Positions 48,144-56,267 of a DNA stretch of 64,000 bases are shown in pieces; position 1 is the first letter of the stretch; each line of letters starts with the position of its first letter. Position numbers and translations under genes: made by a program. A model generated the notes under the pieces. The model ran no database searches and was not told where the DNA came from. It saw only the letters and a program-made list of their open reading frames with translations. Source of the DNA: Candidatus Babelota bacterium (GTDB lineage Bacteria; Babelota; Babeliae; Babelales; Vermiphilaceae); contig JABDES010000001.1 of assembly GCA_013286935.1 (NCBI GenBank), positions 2,499 through 66,498 of the forward strand. The letters are read 5' to 3'.

Positions 48144-49418
48144 TCATCCACCAGGCGTGCAAAATGTTTCAATGATGGCCTTAATCTCCTCCTCTGCGGG
48201 GTTGTGTTTCGTTCCCAAGGAATCGAGAATATGTAATGCGTATTGAGAATCGTTATTCTCCATGACCGCCAAATACCAGTGGCCGTCCTTTATTAAAGGA
48301 TCAGGACTTCCCCTACGAATAAGAAATGAATGTCTATCTCCGATGGGTAGATTTCTGGCAATATTTTTATAATTGTTAGGACGAGCATCATTAGCCCAGT
48401 GCTTGTCCGATGCGCGCCTAGAATAACTTAGCACCTTGTAACTGTCATATACAAAGCTTGTATTACTTGTTGATGGTAATTGATTTGCCATATCTAACTG
48501 ATATGTGTGAATAAAATGATAATGTAAAAATGCGTCCTGTTGGCATTTGTCAGACATCTCTAAGAGATTATGTTTTATTGTTCTAGCGATCTGCGCAACA
48601 TCTTCTTGTGTAATCTGCTCAATACCAAGTGCATCATTAGGGGATTGAAGAGATGGAAATCTATCTGTGCATATTTCGATTGCCCATCTGTTTATGTTGG
48701 CTTGGGTGACAGCTTTTCGAAACTCATCGACCGATGGAATTTTGTCATTTTCAAACAGATGGACTATTTTATTTGCCCACGGATAGATACTATTATTTGC
48801 ATTAAGTAGAGTCGTCATACGTAATAGGAGTTTTGGGTGATACGCTTTGTTTAGGTTGATTATTTTTCCACAAAAAAACCACGCAATGGGATTTGGAATG
48901 TACTTCAAGGCAGCCATGTTTTTTAAGTAGTCATTAACGTATGCACTAAATTGATCGCGATTAATCGTGCTCAGATAGCCTTCAGGGGATCCATTGTTTT
49001 TATTAAGGTGTTCATTAAATCTCATACAATTAAACATTGCCTGATGATGGCATTCTGTTCCATTTGGTTGACGTAGCGTTTTTACGTTAACAATCTTTAC
49101 ACGGTCATTATATGGGCAGTCGATGCCTTGCAGCTCGGGCTGTGGTGAAGGTCTCGTTTTATTAGCGCTGGTTGTGGTTTGTGGGTTGTGTAATAGCCTG
49201 ACAATCGCAGCTTGATGGTACAAGGCTATGGTAGAGATTACTAGCAGCGTTGCTGCAACGATGATCTTTTTCCTATGAGTATAGCAAAACGCTTTGACTG
49301 AATCGGTCAGTGAATATTCCGGCTCACTATCGCATTCCTGTGGCAATGCACCGTTAGACTCGAAGGCAATCAAAAAGAGTACGGTAAAAAGAGGGATTAA
49401 TATTGAGCGTACATTCAT
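48144..49418 (-). CDS. Membrane-anchored/exported putative papain-fold Cys peptidase (paralog P1)
   Basis: Leader MNVRSILIPLFTVLFLIAFES and a second hydrophobic segment. Conserved LRQPNGTECHHQAMFNC and, near the C-terminus, GHWYLAVMENNDSQYALHILDSLGT. Confidence 0.75.
   Translation of the reverse strand: MNVRSILIPLFTVLFLIAFESNGALPQECDSEPEYSLTDSVKAFCYTHRKKIIVAATLLVISTIALYHQAAIVRLLHNPQTTTSANKTRPSPQPELQGIDCPYNDRVKIVNVKTLRQPNGTECHHQAMFNCMRFNEHLNKNNGSPEGYLSTINRDQFSAYVNDYLKNMAALKYIPNPIAWFFCGKIINLNKAYHPKLLLRMTTLLNANNSIYPWANKIVHLFENDKIPSVDEFRKAVTQANINRWAIEICTDRFPSLQSPNDALGIEQITQEDVAQIARTIKHNLLEMSDKCQQDAFLHYHFIHTYQLDMANQLPSTSNTSFVYDSYKVLSYSRRASDKHWANDARPNNYKNIARNLPIGDRHSFLIRRGSPDPLIKDGHWYLAVMENNDSQYALHILDSLGTKHNPAEEEIKAIIETFCTPGG
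48909..49380. repeat. Near-identical duplicated block, copy 1 (5' third of P1)
   Basis: Aligns base-for-base with 50180-50657 apart from scattered substitutions and one 6-bp indel. The remaining parts of P1 and P2 are much more diverged. Confidence 0.85.
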
Positions 49419-50695
49419 AGTCCATCTCCTGCGGGCTTAGCGTCGGGGGTGCAAAATGTTTCAATGATTGTTTTAATTCCCTCTTCTGTGGCCGTGTGTT
49501 CCGTGCCAAGAGAGTCAAGAATGTGTAGATTGTATTGATTGTTATCATTGTGTATAACGATTAGGTACCAGTGATTATTATCCCCAGAATGAGAGATTAG
49601 CCAATGTTTGCTTCCAGCCGGCAAAGTTCTAAGAGTGTTTTGATGATTTGGTAGTGCACACGGATCGCCTGATTGATCTTGTCTACTAAAATAATTTAGT
49701 ATGTTGGTACAAAGACCTTTCCGAGAATACGCAAAACTCGTATCATTTTTTGAGGGCAATTGCTTTGCTATATCTAGCTGGTATGCGTGAATTCGATCAT
49801 AATGACCAAATGCGTCTGATTGGCACTCGCTAGTTATCGTTAAGAGACGATTTTTGATAGTGCTCGCAATCTCTGCAATATCTTTTTTTGTAATCCGTTC
49901 AATATCAGCGGGTTGGAGCGATGGAGAAATATACGCGCATGTTTCGATTATCCATCTGTTTACGTTTGCTTTGGTTACAGCCTCTTGAAACTCTTTGACC
50001 GATGGGATTTTGCCATGCTCAAACAAAGAGGCTATTTCTTTGCCTGCCCATGGATAGATAACATTCTTTTCTTCGGTAAATTGGCTCATATGGTCTTGAA
50101 GCTTTCTATCATGTGTTTGGTTTTGTTTGATTATTTCGCGACCAAAAAACCAAGCAATGCTATCAGCAATGCATTTTAAGGCAGCCATGTTTTTTAAGTA
50201 GTCATTAACGTATGCATTAAATTGATCGCGATTAATCGTGCTCAGATAGCCTTCAGGGGATCCATTGTTTTTATTAAGGTGTTCATTAAATTTCATACAA
50301 TTAAACATTGCCTGATGATGGCATTCTGTTCCATTTGGTTGACGTAGCGTTTTTACGTTAAAAATCTTTACACGGTCATTATAGGGGCAGTCGATGGCTT
50401 GCAGCTCGGGCTGTGGCGAAGGCCTCGTTTTATTAGCGCTGGTTGTGGTTTGTGGGTTGTGTAATAGCCTGGCAATCGCAGCTTTATGGTACAAGGCTAT
50501 AGTAATAGTAGAGGTTACTAGCAGCGTTGTTGCAATGATGATCTTTTTTCTATGTGTATAGCAAAACGTTTTGACTGAATCAGTCAGTGAATATTCCGGT
50601 TCACTATCACATTCCTGCGGTAATGCACCGTCAGACTCGAAGGCAATCAAAAAGAGTGCGGTCAGACAAAAGACTGTTGCTTTATTAAAGTTCAT
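49415..50695 (-). CDS. Membrane-anchored/exported putative papain-fold Cys peptidase (paralog P2)
   Basis: Conserved LRQPNGTECHHQAMFNC and NHWYLIVIHNDNNQYNLHILDSLGT. 4-nt overlap with P1 and 11-nt overlap with P3. Confidence 0.75.
   Translation of the reverse strand: MNFNKATVFCLTALFLIAFESDGALPQECDSEPEYSLTDSVKTFCYTHRKKIIIATTLLVTSTITIALYHKAAIARLLHNPQTTTSANKTRPSPQPELQAIDCPYNDRVKIFNVKTLRQPNGTECHHQAMFNCMKFNEHLNKNNGSPEGYLSTINRDQFNAYVNDYLKNMAALKCIADSIAWFFGREIIKQNQTHDRKLQDHMSQFTEEKNVIYPWAGKEIASLFEHGKIPSVKEFQEAVTKANVNRWIIETCAYISPSLQPADIERITKKDIAEIASTIKNRLLTITSECQSDAFGHYDRIHAYQLDIAKQLPSKNDTSFAYSRKGLCTNILNYFSRQDQSGDPCALPNHQNTLRTLPAGSKHWLISHSGDNNHWYLIVIHNDNNQYNLHILDSLGTEHTATEEGIKTIIETFCTPDAKPAGDGL
50180..50657. 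repeat. Near-identical duplicated block, copy 2 (5' third of P2)
   Basis: See 48909-49380. The offset between copies is about 1271 bp. Confidence 0.85.
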
Positions 50696-51887
50696 TTAAT
50701 ACCTGCACAATAGTCTTAATCTCAGGCTCTGCTGAGCTGTGTCCGGTACTCAAAGAATCAAGCATATAGAGCTTATATCGATCATTACTTTTTTGTATGG
50801 CCCCAAAAAACCAGTGCGCGTATGATTCTTTGAAACAGAATAACGAATGTATGTCGTCTCTAGATAGTGTATTTCTCACATGTTGAGTATGGTCTTCATA
50901 CTGATTGAAAACATTACTTATATAGACTTGCTTTGCCTTACCATCATAGTACAGTAAACTTATATCATCTTTTGATGTTGATGAATTACACACATCTGGT
51001 GGAGCTTTAGAGCAGACGTACGTTAAATGATGAATGATCGTACCGGGTATGTTTGGCAACAGGTGGCCATCGTACATTTTTATTGTTTCAGCAATCTTGT
51101 AAATATCCTTTGTCGTAATATCTTTAATAGGGAAAGATCCAAATGATGCAGAGAACGGTTTGATTTTTTCTGTAAGCCATGTTTGCATAGCAGATTCGTC
51201 TATGGCTTTTTGCCATTCTTGTACAGAGGGTATCTTGTTGTTGGAAAACAGAGGGACTATTGCGCTCGCCCATGGGTATCTAAGGCTATAATTTTTTTTA
51301 CTTATTGGGTTAGAATCACCGTTCATTGTTGCGAAGTAGAACTTGTCGAGCTCCTCTGCATTCTGGTCTGTTGCGTGTTTTGAAATCAAAAAACGCACGA
51401 TTGTGTTAGGAATTGTTTTTAAGGTACTTACCTCATCTCTGAAGCTATCAACGAACTCTTTAAATGAACTTTCTGTTATGCTACTGATGTAGCCATCATG
51501 GCATCCGTTGTGTTCTTTTAGATATTCATTAAATTTTATAAAATTAAATACTGTTCGCCAATGGCAGTCGGTCGCATTTGGCTGAAGCAGTGTGCGCACA
51601 TTGATAATGTCTACCTTGCCATCCCTGATTATTTGGTCGCCGCTTATCGGTAGTAGGCTGCCAAATAGTCGTCCAATCGCATCTTTATGGTATAAACCCG
51701 TTATGCATCCCACCAACAATGTGCAAGCGGCAAGTATCTTCCTATGGTTGTAGAAAAACGCTTGAACTGAATTTTTAATGGAGGCTTTAGGCTCACTATC
51801 GCATTCCTGTGATAGTGCAGGGTTAAATCCGACCGTTACCAGAGAGAGTACGGTAAAAAAAGGGATTAATATTGAGCGTACATTCAT
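50685..51887 (-). CDS. Membrane-anchored/exported putative papain-fold Cys peptidase (divergent paralog P3)
   Basis: The internal ATG at 51887 gives MNVRSILIPFFTVLSLV, with the same AGGAGATGGACT leader as P1. Conserved LLQPNATDCHWRTVFN and AHWFFGAIQKSNDRYKLYMLDSLST. Confidence 0.7.
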   Translation of the reverse strand: MNVRSILIPFFTVLSLVTVGFNPALSQECDSEPKASIKNSVQAFFYNHRKILAACTLLVGCITGLYHKDAIGRLFGSLLPISGDQIIRDGKVDIINVRTLLQPNATDCHWRTVFNFIKFNEYLKEHNGCHDGYISSITESSFKEFVDSFRDEVSTLKTIPNTIVRFLISKHATDQNAEELDKFYFATMNGDSNPISKKNYSLRYPWASAIVPLFSNNKIPSVQEWQKAIDESAMQTWLTEKIKPFSASFGSFPIKDITTKDIYKIAETIKMYDGHLLPNIPGTIIHHLTYVCSKAPPDVCNSSTSKDDISLLYYDGKAKQVYISNVFNQYEDHTQHVRNTLSRDDIHSLFCFKESYAHWFFGAIQKSNDRYKLYMLDSLSTGHSSAEPEIKTIVQVLNEL

Positions 51888-52150
51888 AGTCCATCTCCTG
51901 TGTGTGCTTTGCACTAGATGCGCGTGCCATATTGAGCATTTCGTAGTATTATAGAGTATAGCAATTATAATTATATTATGCAAATTGGCAAATTGGAGGG
52001 CTCTGGACTACTCAGGCCAGGCTTGGTTGCATGTGTGGCAGGTTGATATGAATGGGAAATGGGCCCTGTGGCTAGATTGATGGGGCTTGTTGGCTGGATT
52101 ATTGAAGGTTGTCAGAACGGTACAGATAGATTGAGGGGCTGTACAAAACG

Positions 52151-52188
52151 CTCCACCCTGATCGCAATATATTGCGATCAGGGTGGAG
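52151..52188. terminator. Perfect 38-nt palindrome, likely terminator hairpin downstream of 52226-53161
   Basis: CTCCACCCTGATCGCAATA|TATTGCGATCAGGGTGGAG. T-rich sequence follows on the + strand and CGTTTTG on the - strand. It sits between two minus-strand genes. Confidence 0.5.
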
Positions 52189-52225
52189 TTTGGTGTTTGT
52201 GGCCTGTTTTTTTAGAGTGTCAAAG

Positions 52226-53161
52226 TTATGATTTGCCTTGTGGCGCCTGTGTGGCTACGCCCTGCTGCGCTTCAATTTTTTTGACCTTGTCTGGGTTTTG
52301 CTTGGCCCATTCGTTAATTTTTTCATTTATTGTGTTACGATCCATGTTTTTAATAGAGAGTCGCTCGAATATCCCCGCGCTATTTAACTCTATATAGCGG
52401 TTGTCGCTATCATTATCAATGCACCTACAGTCTATCTGGCACAATAGATCATCGTATCCTGCAAATGCACCAGAGCCTTTGTAAGAAATCGTATATTTTT
52501 GTTTAATATCAAGCACTAATTGCCAACCATAACTATATGAGATTTTTAATAGGCTTAAGGGTATCCGTTTTGTTACATAAGTGTCAGATTGAATCTCTAT
52601 TTTGTGTTCATTTCTATCGTTATACCATTGGTCAGGCAGTGCTTGCCCTGGTTTTGAAACGCCAAACTCCATAGTGCTTCCACCGACAGTGCCTTTTGTA
52701 CGAATTTGCAGCTTAGCAGGAGAAGTTACTCCAGGCAGATAAAGCTCTATGATAAAGTCATACGTATCGCCTCGTTTTTCAGTTTTACGTGAAAAGCTCA
52801 TAACTTTTGCTTTGTCTGGCTTTGCAAATGCGTTTTCCCAAGGAACAATATCTGAGTCCCATTTGGCCCAAACATCTTTATTTCCATCCTTAAAAAAATT
52901 AAAAAATTGATGGTCATTATAAAAGCACCTAAACTTTATATCTTCCGACAGCTTTGGACAGTTGCCCGAGAAAGTACTTCTGGCGATTCCAGAGCTACCA
53001 CCTTCATAAGCACTCGACCCACCGCAATGCCCGTCGGACCTACTATCCTGCCCAACATATACATAGGTAGTTGAAGCCCAGATGCTGACAGTATTGATAC
53101 CGCATAGCAGTGCAATGGCTGCCATGTTGCGTAGTCGTTTTATAGTGCATATAGTGATCAT
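52226..53161 (-). CDS. Hypothetical exported protein
   Basis: Signal-like NMAAIALLCGINTVSIWA. 311-aa ORF with no recognisable motif. The start (53161 or Met at 53125) is uncertain. Confidence 0.55.
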   Translation of the reverse strand: MITICTIKRLRNMAAIALLCGINTVSIWASTTYVYVGQDSRSDGHCGGSSAYEGGSSGIARSTFSGNCPKLSEDIKFRCFYNDHQFFNFFKDGNKDVWAKWDSDIVPWENAFAKPDKAKVMSFSRKTEKRGDTYDFIIELYLPGVTSPAKLQIRTKGTVGGSTMEFGVSKPGQALPDQWYNDRNEHKIEIQSDTYVTKRIPLSLLKISYSYGWQLVLDIKQKYTISYKGSGAFAGYDDLLCQIDCRCIDNDSDNRYIELNSAGIFERLSIKNMDRNTINEKINEWAKQNPDKVKKIEAQQGVATQAPQGKS

Positions 53162-53398
53162 CCTTTATCCTCCTTATTGTTACGTAATTGAAATAATCAT
53201 AAGGATTATAAGATAAACAATAATTAATAGTCAATATTTGAGTGGAAAATGGTCGGTAATATCTGCTGAATACCGTATTCCGAAGCTTTGTTAAAATTGA
53301 CTAATTGGCTAGCAACAATTATTAAGGTAGGCTTTGGTTACATGTTGCTTTTTTGTATTATGAAAATGTTTACCTGCTTATTTGAAAAATGGATCTTT

Positions 53399-53917
53399 AT
53401 GCTTAAAAAATTACCTCTAGCTCTAAGTGATTTTCGTAGATTACGGGAATCTAACTGTCTTTATGTTGATAAAACAAAGTATGTCTACGAGCTTATTACC
53501 GGTTATGGGCGTTACTTTTTGTCCCGCCCGAGGCGGTTTGGCAAATCGCTATTAGTTTCAACGCTCAAGCAGGCTCTGGAAGGCAACAAGGGGCTTTTTG
53601 CTGGCCTATGGATTGCCGATAGTGACTATACATGGGAAAAACATGCGGTGGTGTTTCTTGATTTTTCAACGCTTGGTGGGATTGGAACTCCCCAGGAATT
53701 CCTTTTATGCATGGTTAATGCGTTAGTGCTGAATGGAAATCAACATGGCATTGAGTTGGATACAAGTTCGCAATCAGTTAGTATAATTTTTCAAAATTAC
53801 CTGATTGCTATGCATAAAAAATATGGCAAAGTCGCCATATTGATTGATGAATATGATCGTCCAATTTTGCATAATCTGCATAACATTGAACTTGCTAAAT
53901 CGATCAGGCGTCTTTAA
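53399..53917 (+). pseudogene. Truncated AAA-ATPase-like gene (N-terminal ~170 aa only)
   Basis: LSDFRRLRESNCLYVDKTKYVYELI...YFLSRPRRFGKSLLVSTL...ILIDEYDRP matches the predicted AAA-ATPase N-terminal domain. As I recall, this is normally followed by a PD-(D/E)XK-type domain in ~500+ aa proteins. Here a stop follows shortly after the IDEYD motif and ffh starts 170 bp later. Confidence 0.55.
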
Positions 53918-54090
53918 ATCTCTATAGTGCATTGCAGATTGGGCGTTTCGTGTCACTATTCTTTCTGTTTGAAAAAATCTGTTTTTTTGATAGGCTCTTA
54001 ACTCATAGAAGCTTTTACTTTACAAAAACGTACTGTTAGTAATTGTTTATAGTCATAATTCGTAGAAAAAACTAATTTGAGTTGTATTAT

Positions 54091-55422
54091 ATGTTTGATT
54101 TTATATCTAAGAAATTTTCCTCTATGATTTCAGAGCTAACGCGGGCAAAAAAGCTTACTTTCGCTCATGTTGATGAATGGCTTTCTCGCATTAAAGATAC
54201 ATTGATAGAGGCTGATGTGTCGCTAGAGGTCGTTCAGGCGTTTATAGAGTCAGTCAAACGAGAGGCGATTGGAAAGCGCATAGAGGTGGCATTAAAGCCT
54301 GGTGAACAGTTTGTTACCGTTGTGCGTGATCAATTAATTACGTTTATGGGTGGCGCTCAGGAACCGTTTACATTTGATAAGGGTGCTACCGTCTTGATGA
54401 TGGGTCTGCAGGGGGCAGGCAAAACAACCACTATTGGCAAATTGGCCCACCTGATTGCAAAAACTGCTCAGGTTTCGGCAAAGAAGGACTCTGTTATGGT
54501 TGCCTCTGTTGATTTTAATCGACCGGCTGCTATTGATCAATTGGAACAACTGGCCAAGCAGGTTGGAATCGTTTTTTACAGAGCGGCTTCAACAAGTATC
54601 ATGGATGCGGTTGGTGAAATTGTTGCGTATCGTAATCAGAATAGATTCGACTATCTTTTTTTGGATACGGCTGGTCGTCTTCAGGTGGATGAGTGCCTGA
54701 TGGATGAGCTTGTCAAAATAAAAAAAGCATTGAATCCGTCTTGTACGATTATGGTCATTGATGGTATGACCGGTCAAGAAGGCCTTTCTGTCGCTCGTTC
54801 TTTTCAGAATCAGCTTTCATTTGATGGTGCAATAATTACTAAGATGGACAGCGATGCCCGTGGAGGCATTGCCTTTTCGTTTTCATATGCTTTGGGCAAA
54901 AAAGTATTGTTTTTAGCTGAAGGAGAAAAGGTCGCAGATCTTTTGCCATTTGACGCTAAAAGAATGACGAGCCGTATTTTAGGGATGGGCGATATTGCAA
55001 CATTATCTGAGCGCGCAAGTGAGAAGATGTCGCAGTTTGATGCTCAAAAGGCAACCTCCTCTTTGGAGGAAGGCAGATTGTCATTTCGTGATTTTTCAAA
55101 ACAGCTTGCAATGATGAGCCAGTTGGGCTCTATGTCACAACTTATTAAATATTTGCCAACATCCTTGGTTGGCAATGTTTCCGCTACAGCTCTGCGCAAA
55201 AGTGAAATTGATATGAAAAAGCATAATGCTATATTTTCATCTTTGAGTAAAAAAGAGCTTGATAGTGGGCGCAGTCCAAGCGGTTATAGAAAAAAACAGA
55301 TAGCATTTGGGGCTGGAGTATCGGTAAAAGATATCGACTTACTTTTTGAGCGCTTTGCACAAGCTCAACAGTATGTTAAGTTATTAAAAGGTAACAATTA
55401 TATGAAAAACAACGTTCGCTGA
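54091..55422 (+). CDS. ffh: Signal recognition particle protein Ffh
   Basis: MFDFISKKFSS start (ATG 54091). GTPase motifs GLQGAGKTTT, DTAGR, TKMDSDARGG. Met-rich M domain. Confidence 0.95.
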   Translation: MFDFISKKFSSMISELTRAKKLTFAHVDEWLSRIKDTLIEADVSLEVVQAFIESVKREAIGKRIEVALKPGEQFVTVVRDQLITFMGGAQEPFTFDKGATVLMMGLQGAGKTTTIGKLAHLIAKTAQVSAKKDSVMVASVDFNRPAAIDQLEQLAKQVGIVFYRAASTSIMDAVGEIVAYRNQNRFDYLFLDTAGRLQVDECLMDELVKIKKALNPSCTIMVIDGMTGQEGLSVARSFQNQLSFDGAIITKMDSDARGGIAFSFSYALGKKVLFLAEGEKVADLLPFDAKRMTSRILGMGDIATLSERASEKMSQFDAQKATSSLEEGRLSFRDFSKQLAMMSQLGSMSQLIKYLPTSLVGNVSATALRKSEIDMKKHNAIFSSLSKKELDSGRSPSGYRKKQIAFGAGVSVKDIDLLFERFAQAQQYVKLLKGNNYMKNNVR

Positions 55423-55455
55423 GGATGTGCGAATCTATTTTAACCAAAGGATTAT

Positions 55456-55740
55456 ATGTCAGTCAGAATTCGTCTTGCTCGGATAGGAAAAAAGCAGGTT
55501 CCGTTTTATAAATTAGTTGCAATTGACTCACGCAAGAAGCGTGACGGTGCCTATCTTGCCAACATAGGGACTTTTGATGGCCTCAATGGCGTCGTTGTGA
55601 CGTTTTACGAAGAAATATATAATGAATGGATATCAAAAGGCGCTTTGCCTACAGATAGTGCTAAAAAGATATACAAGCTCTATAAAAAACAACAAAGCAT
55701 CGAAAAGCCACTTGCGCAACCGGTTGGCGTTAGCAGTTAA
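55456..55740 (+). CDS. rpsP: 30S ribosomal protein S16
   Basis: MSVRIRLARIGKKQVPFYKLVAIDSRKKRDG is the canonical S16 N-terminus. Confidence 0.93.
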   Translation: MSVRIRLARIGKKQVPFYKLVAIDSRKKRDGAYLANIGTFDGLNGVVVTFYEEIYNEWISKGALPTDSAKKIYKLYKKQQSIEKPLAQPVGVSS

Positions 55741-55760
55741 TCATCAAAGGTTTTATACAC

Positions 55761-55994
55761 GTGTCCAAAGAACTTATTGAATATGTCGTTAAAAGTATAG
55801 TTGGAGAAGCTCCAATTATAGATATTGATAAAAGCAGTCAGGATGGAGTTATTAGTTTCAAGGTTAAGGTCAATCGAGAAGATCGTGGCCGCCTGATAGG
55901 AAGAGAAGGAAGAACGATTCGTTCTTTGAAGGCTCTGGTGCAAAATTTAAAAGAAAATGCGCACCGACATTGCAGCATAGAGCTTATTGATTAA
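55761..55994 (+). CDS. KH-domain RNA-binding protein (YlqC/UPF0109-like)
   Basis: GTG start. The motif GRLIGREGRTIRSLKALV and the position between rpsP and trmD are both typical. Confidence 0.8.
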   Translation: MSKELIEYVVKSIVGEAPIIDIDKSSQDGVISFKVKVNREDRGRLIGREGRTIRSLKALVQNLKENAHRHCSIELID

Positions 55995-56046
55995 CTATTA
56001 TTGCAATGTGAGCTCAGTATAAAGATTTAAGCGAAAGACTCATCTG

Positions 56047-56097
56047 GATCGTCGTTTTGAGCTGGATTGCTTCGGATGAATCCTCGCAACGACGATC
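56047..56097 (+). other. Structured hairpin in the KH-trmD spacer
   Basis: 10-bp perfect arms GATCGTCGTT / AACGACGATC enclose a nested GGATT...AATCC stem with a C-TTCG-G tetraloop-like centre. No T-run follows. Confidence 0.4.
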
Positions 56098-56192
56098 TGT
56101 ATGTCCCATTGTCAATTCCTTAACCCGAATTAGCGTTATCGTACTAATCTTGGGTGAAATGAAATGTACGGATCACTCAATATATACATTTT

Positions 56193-56236
56193 AATAAAAG
56201 CGTTATTTTCGTTACGGCTAAGATAACGCTTTTATT
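56193..56236 (+). other. Second hairpin immediately upstream of trmD
   Basis: 14-bp arms AATAAAAGCGTTAT / ATAACGCTTTTATT with a ~16-nt loop, followed by T-rich sequence. Possible terminator or attenuator. Confidence 0.35.
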
Positions 56237-56267
56237 GATTTACCACACTTCCAAGGCCAAGATTCTC

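Noticed and set aside
52059-52397. 112-aa + strand ORF
   Set aside because: It overlaps the 3' end of the 311-aa minus-strand gene and runs through the 38-nt palindromic terminator. No motif supports it.
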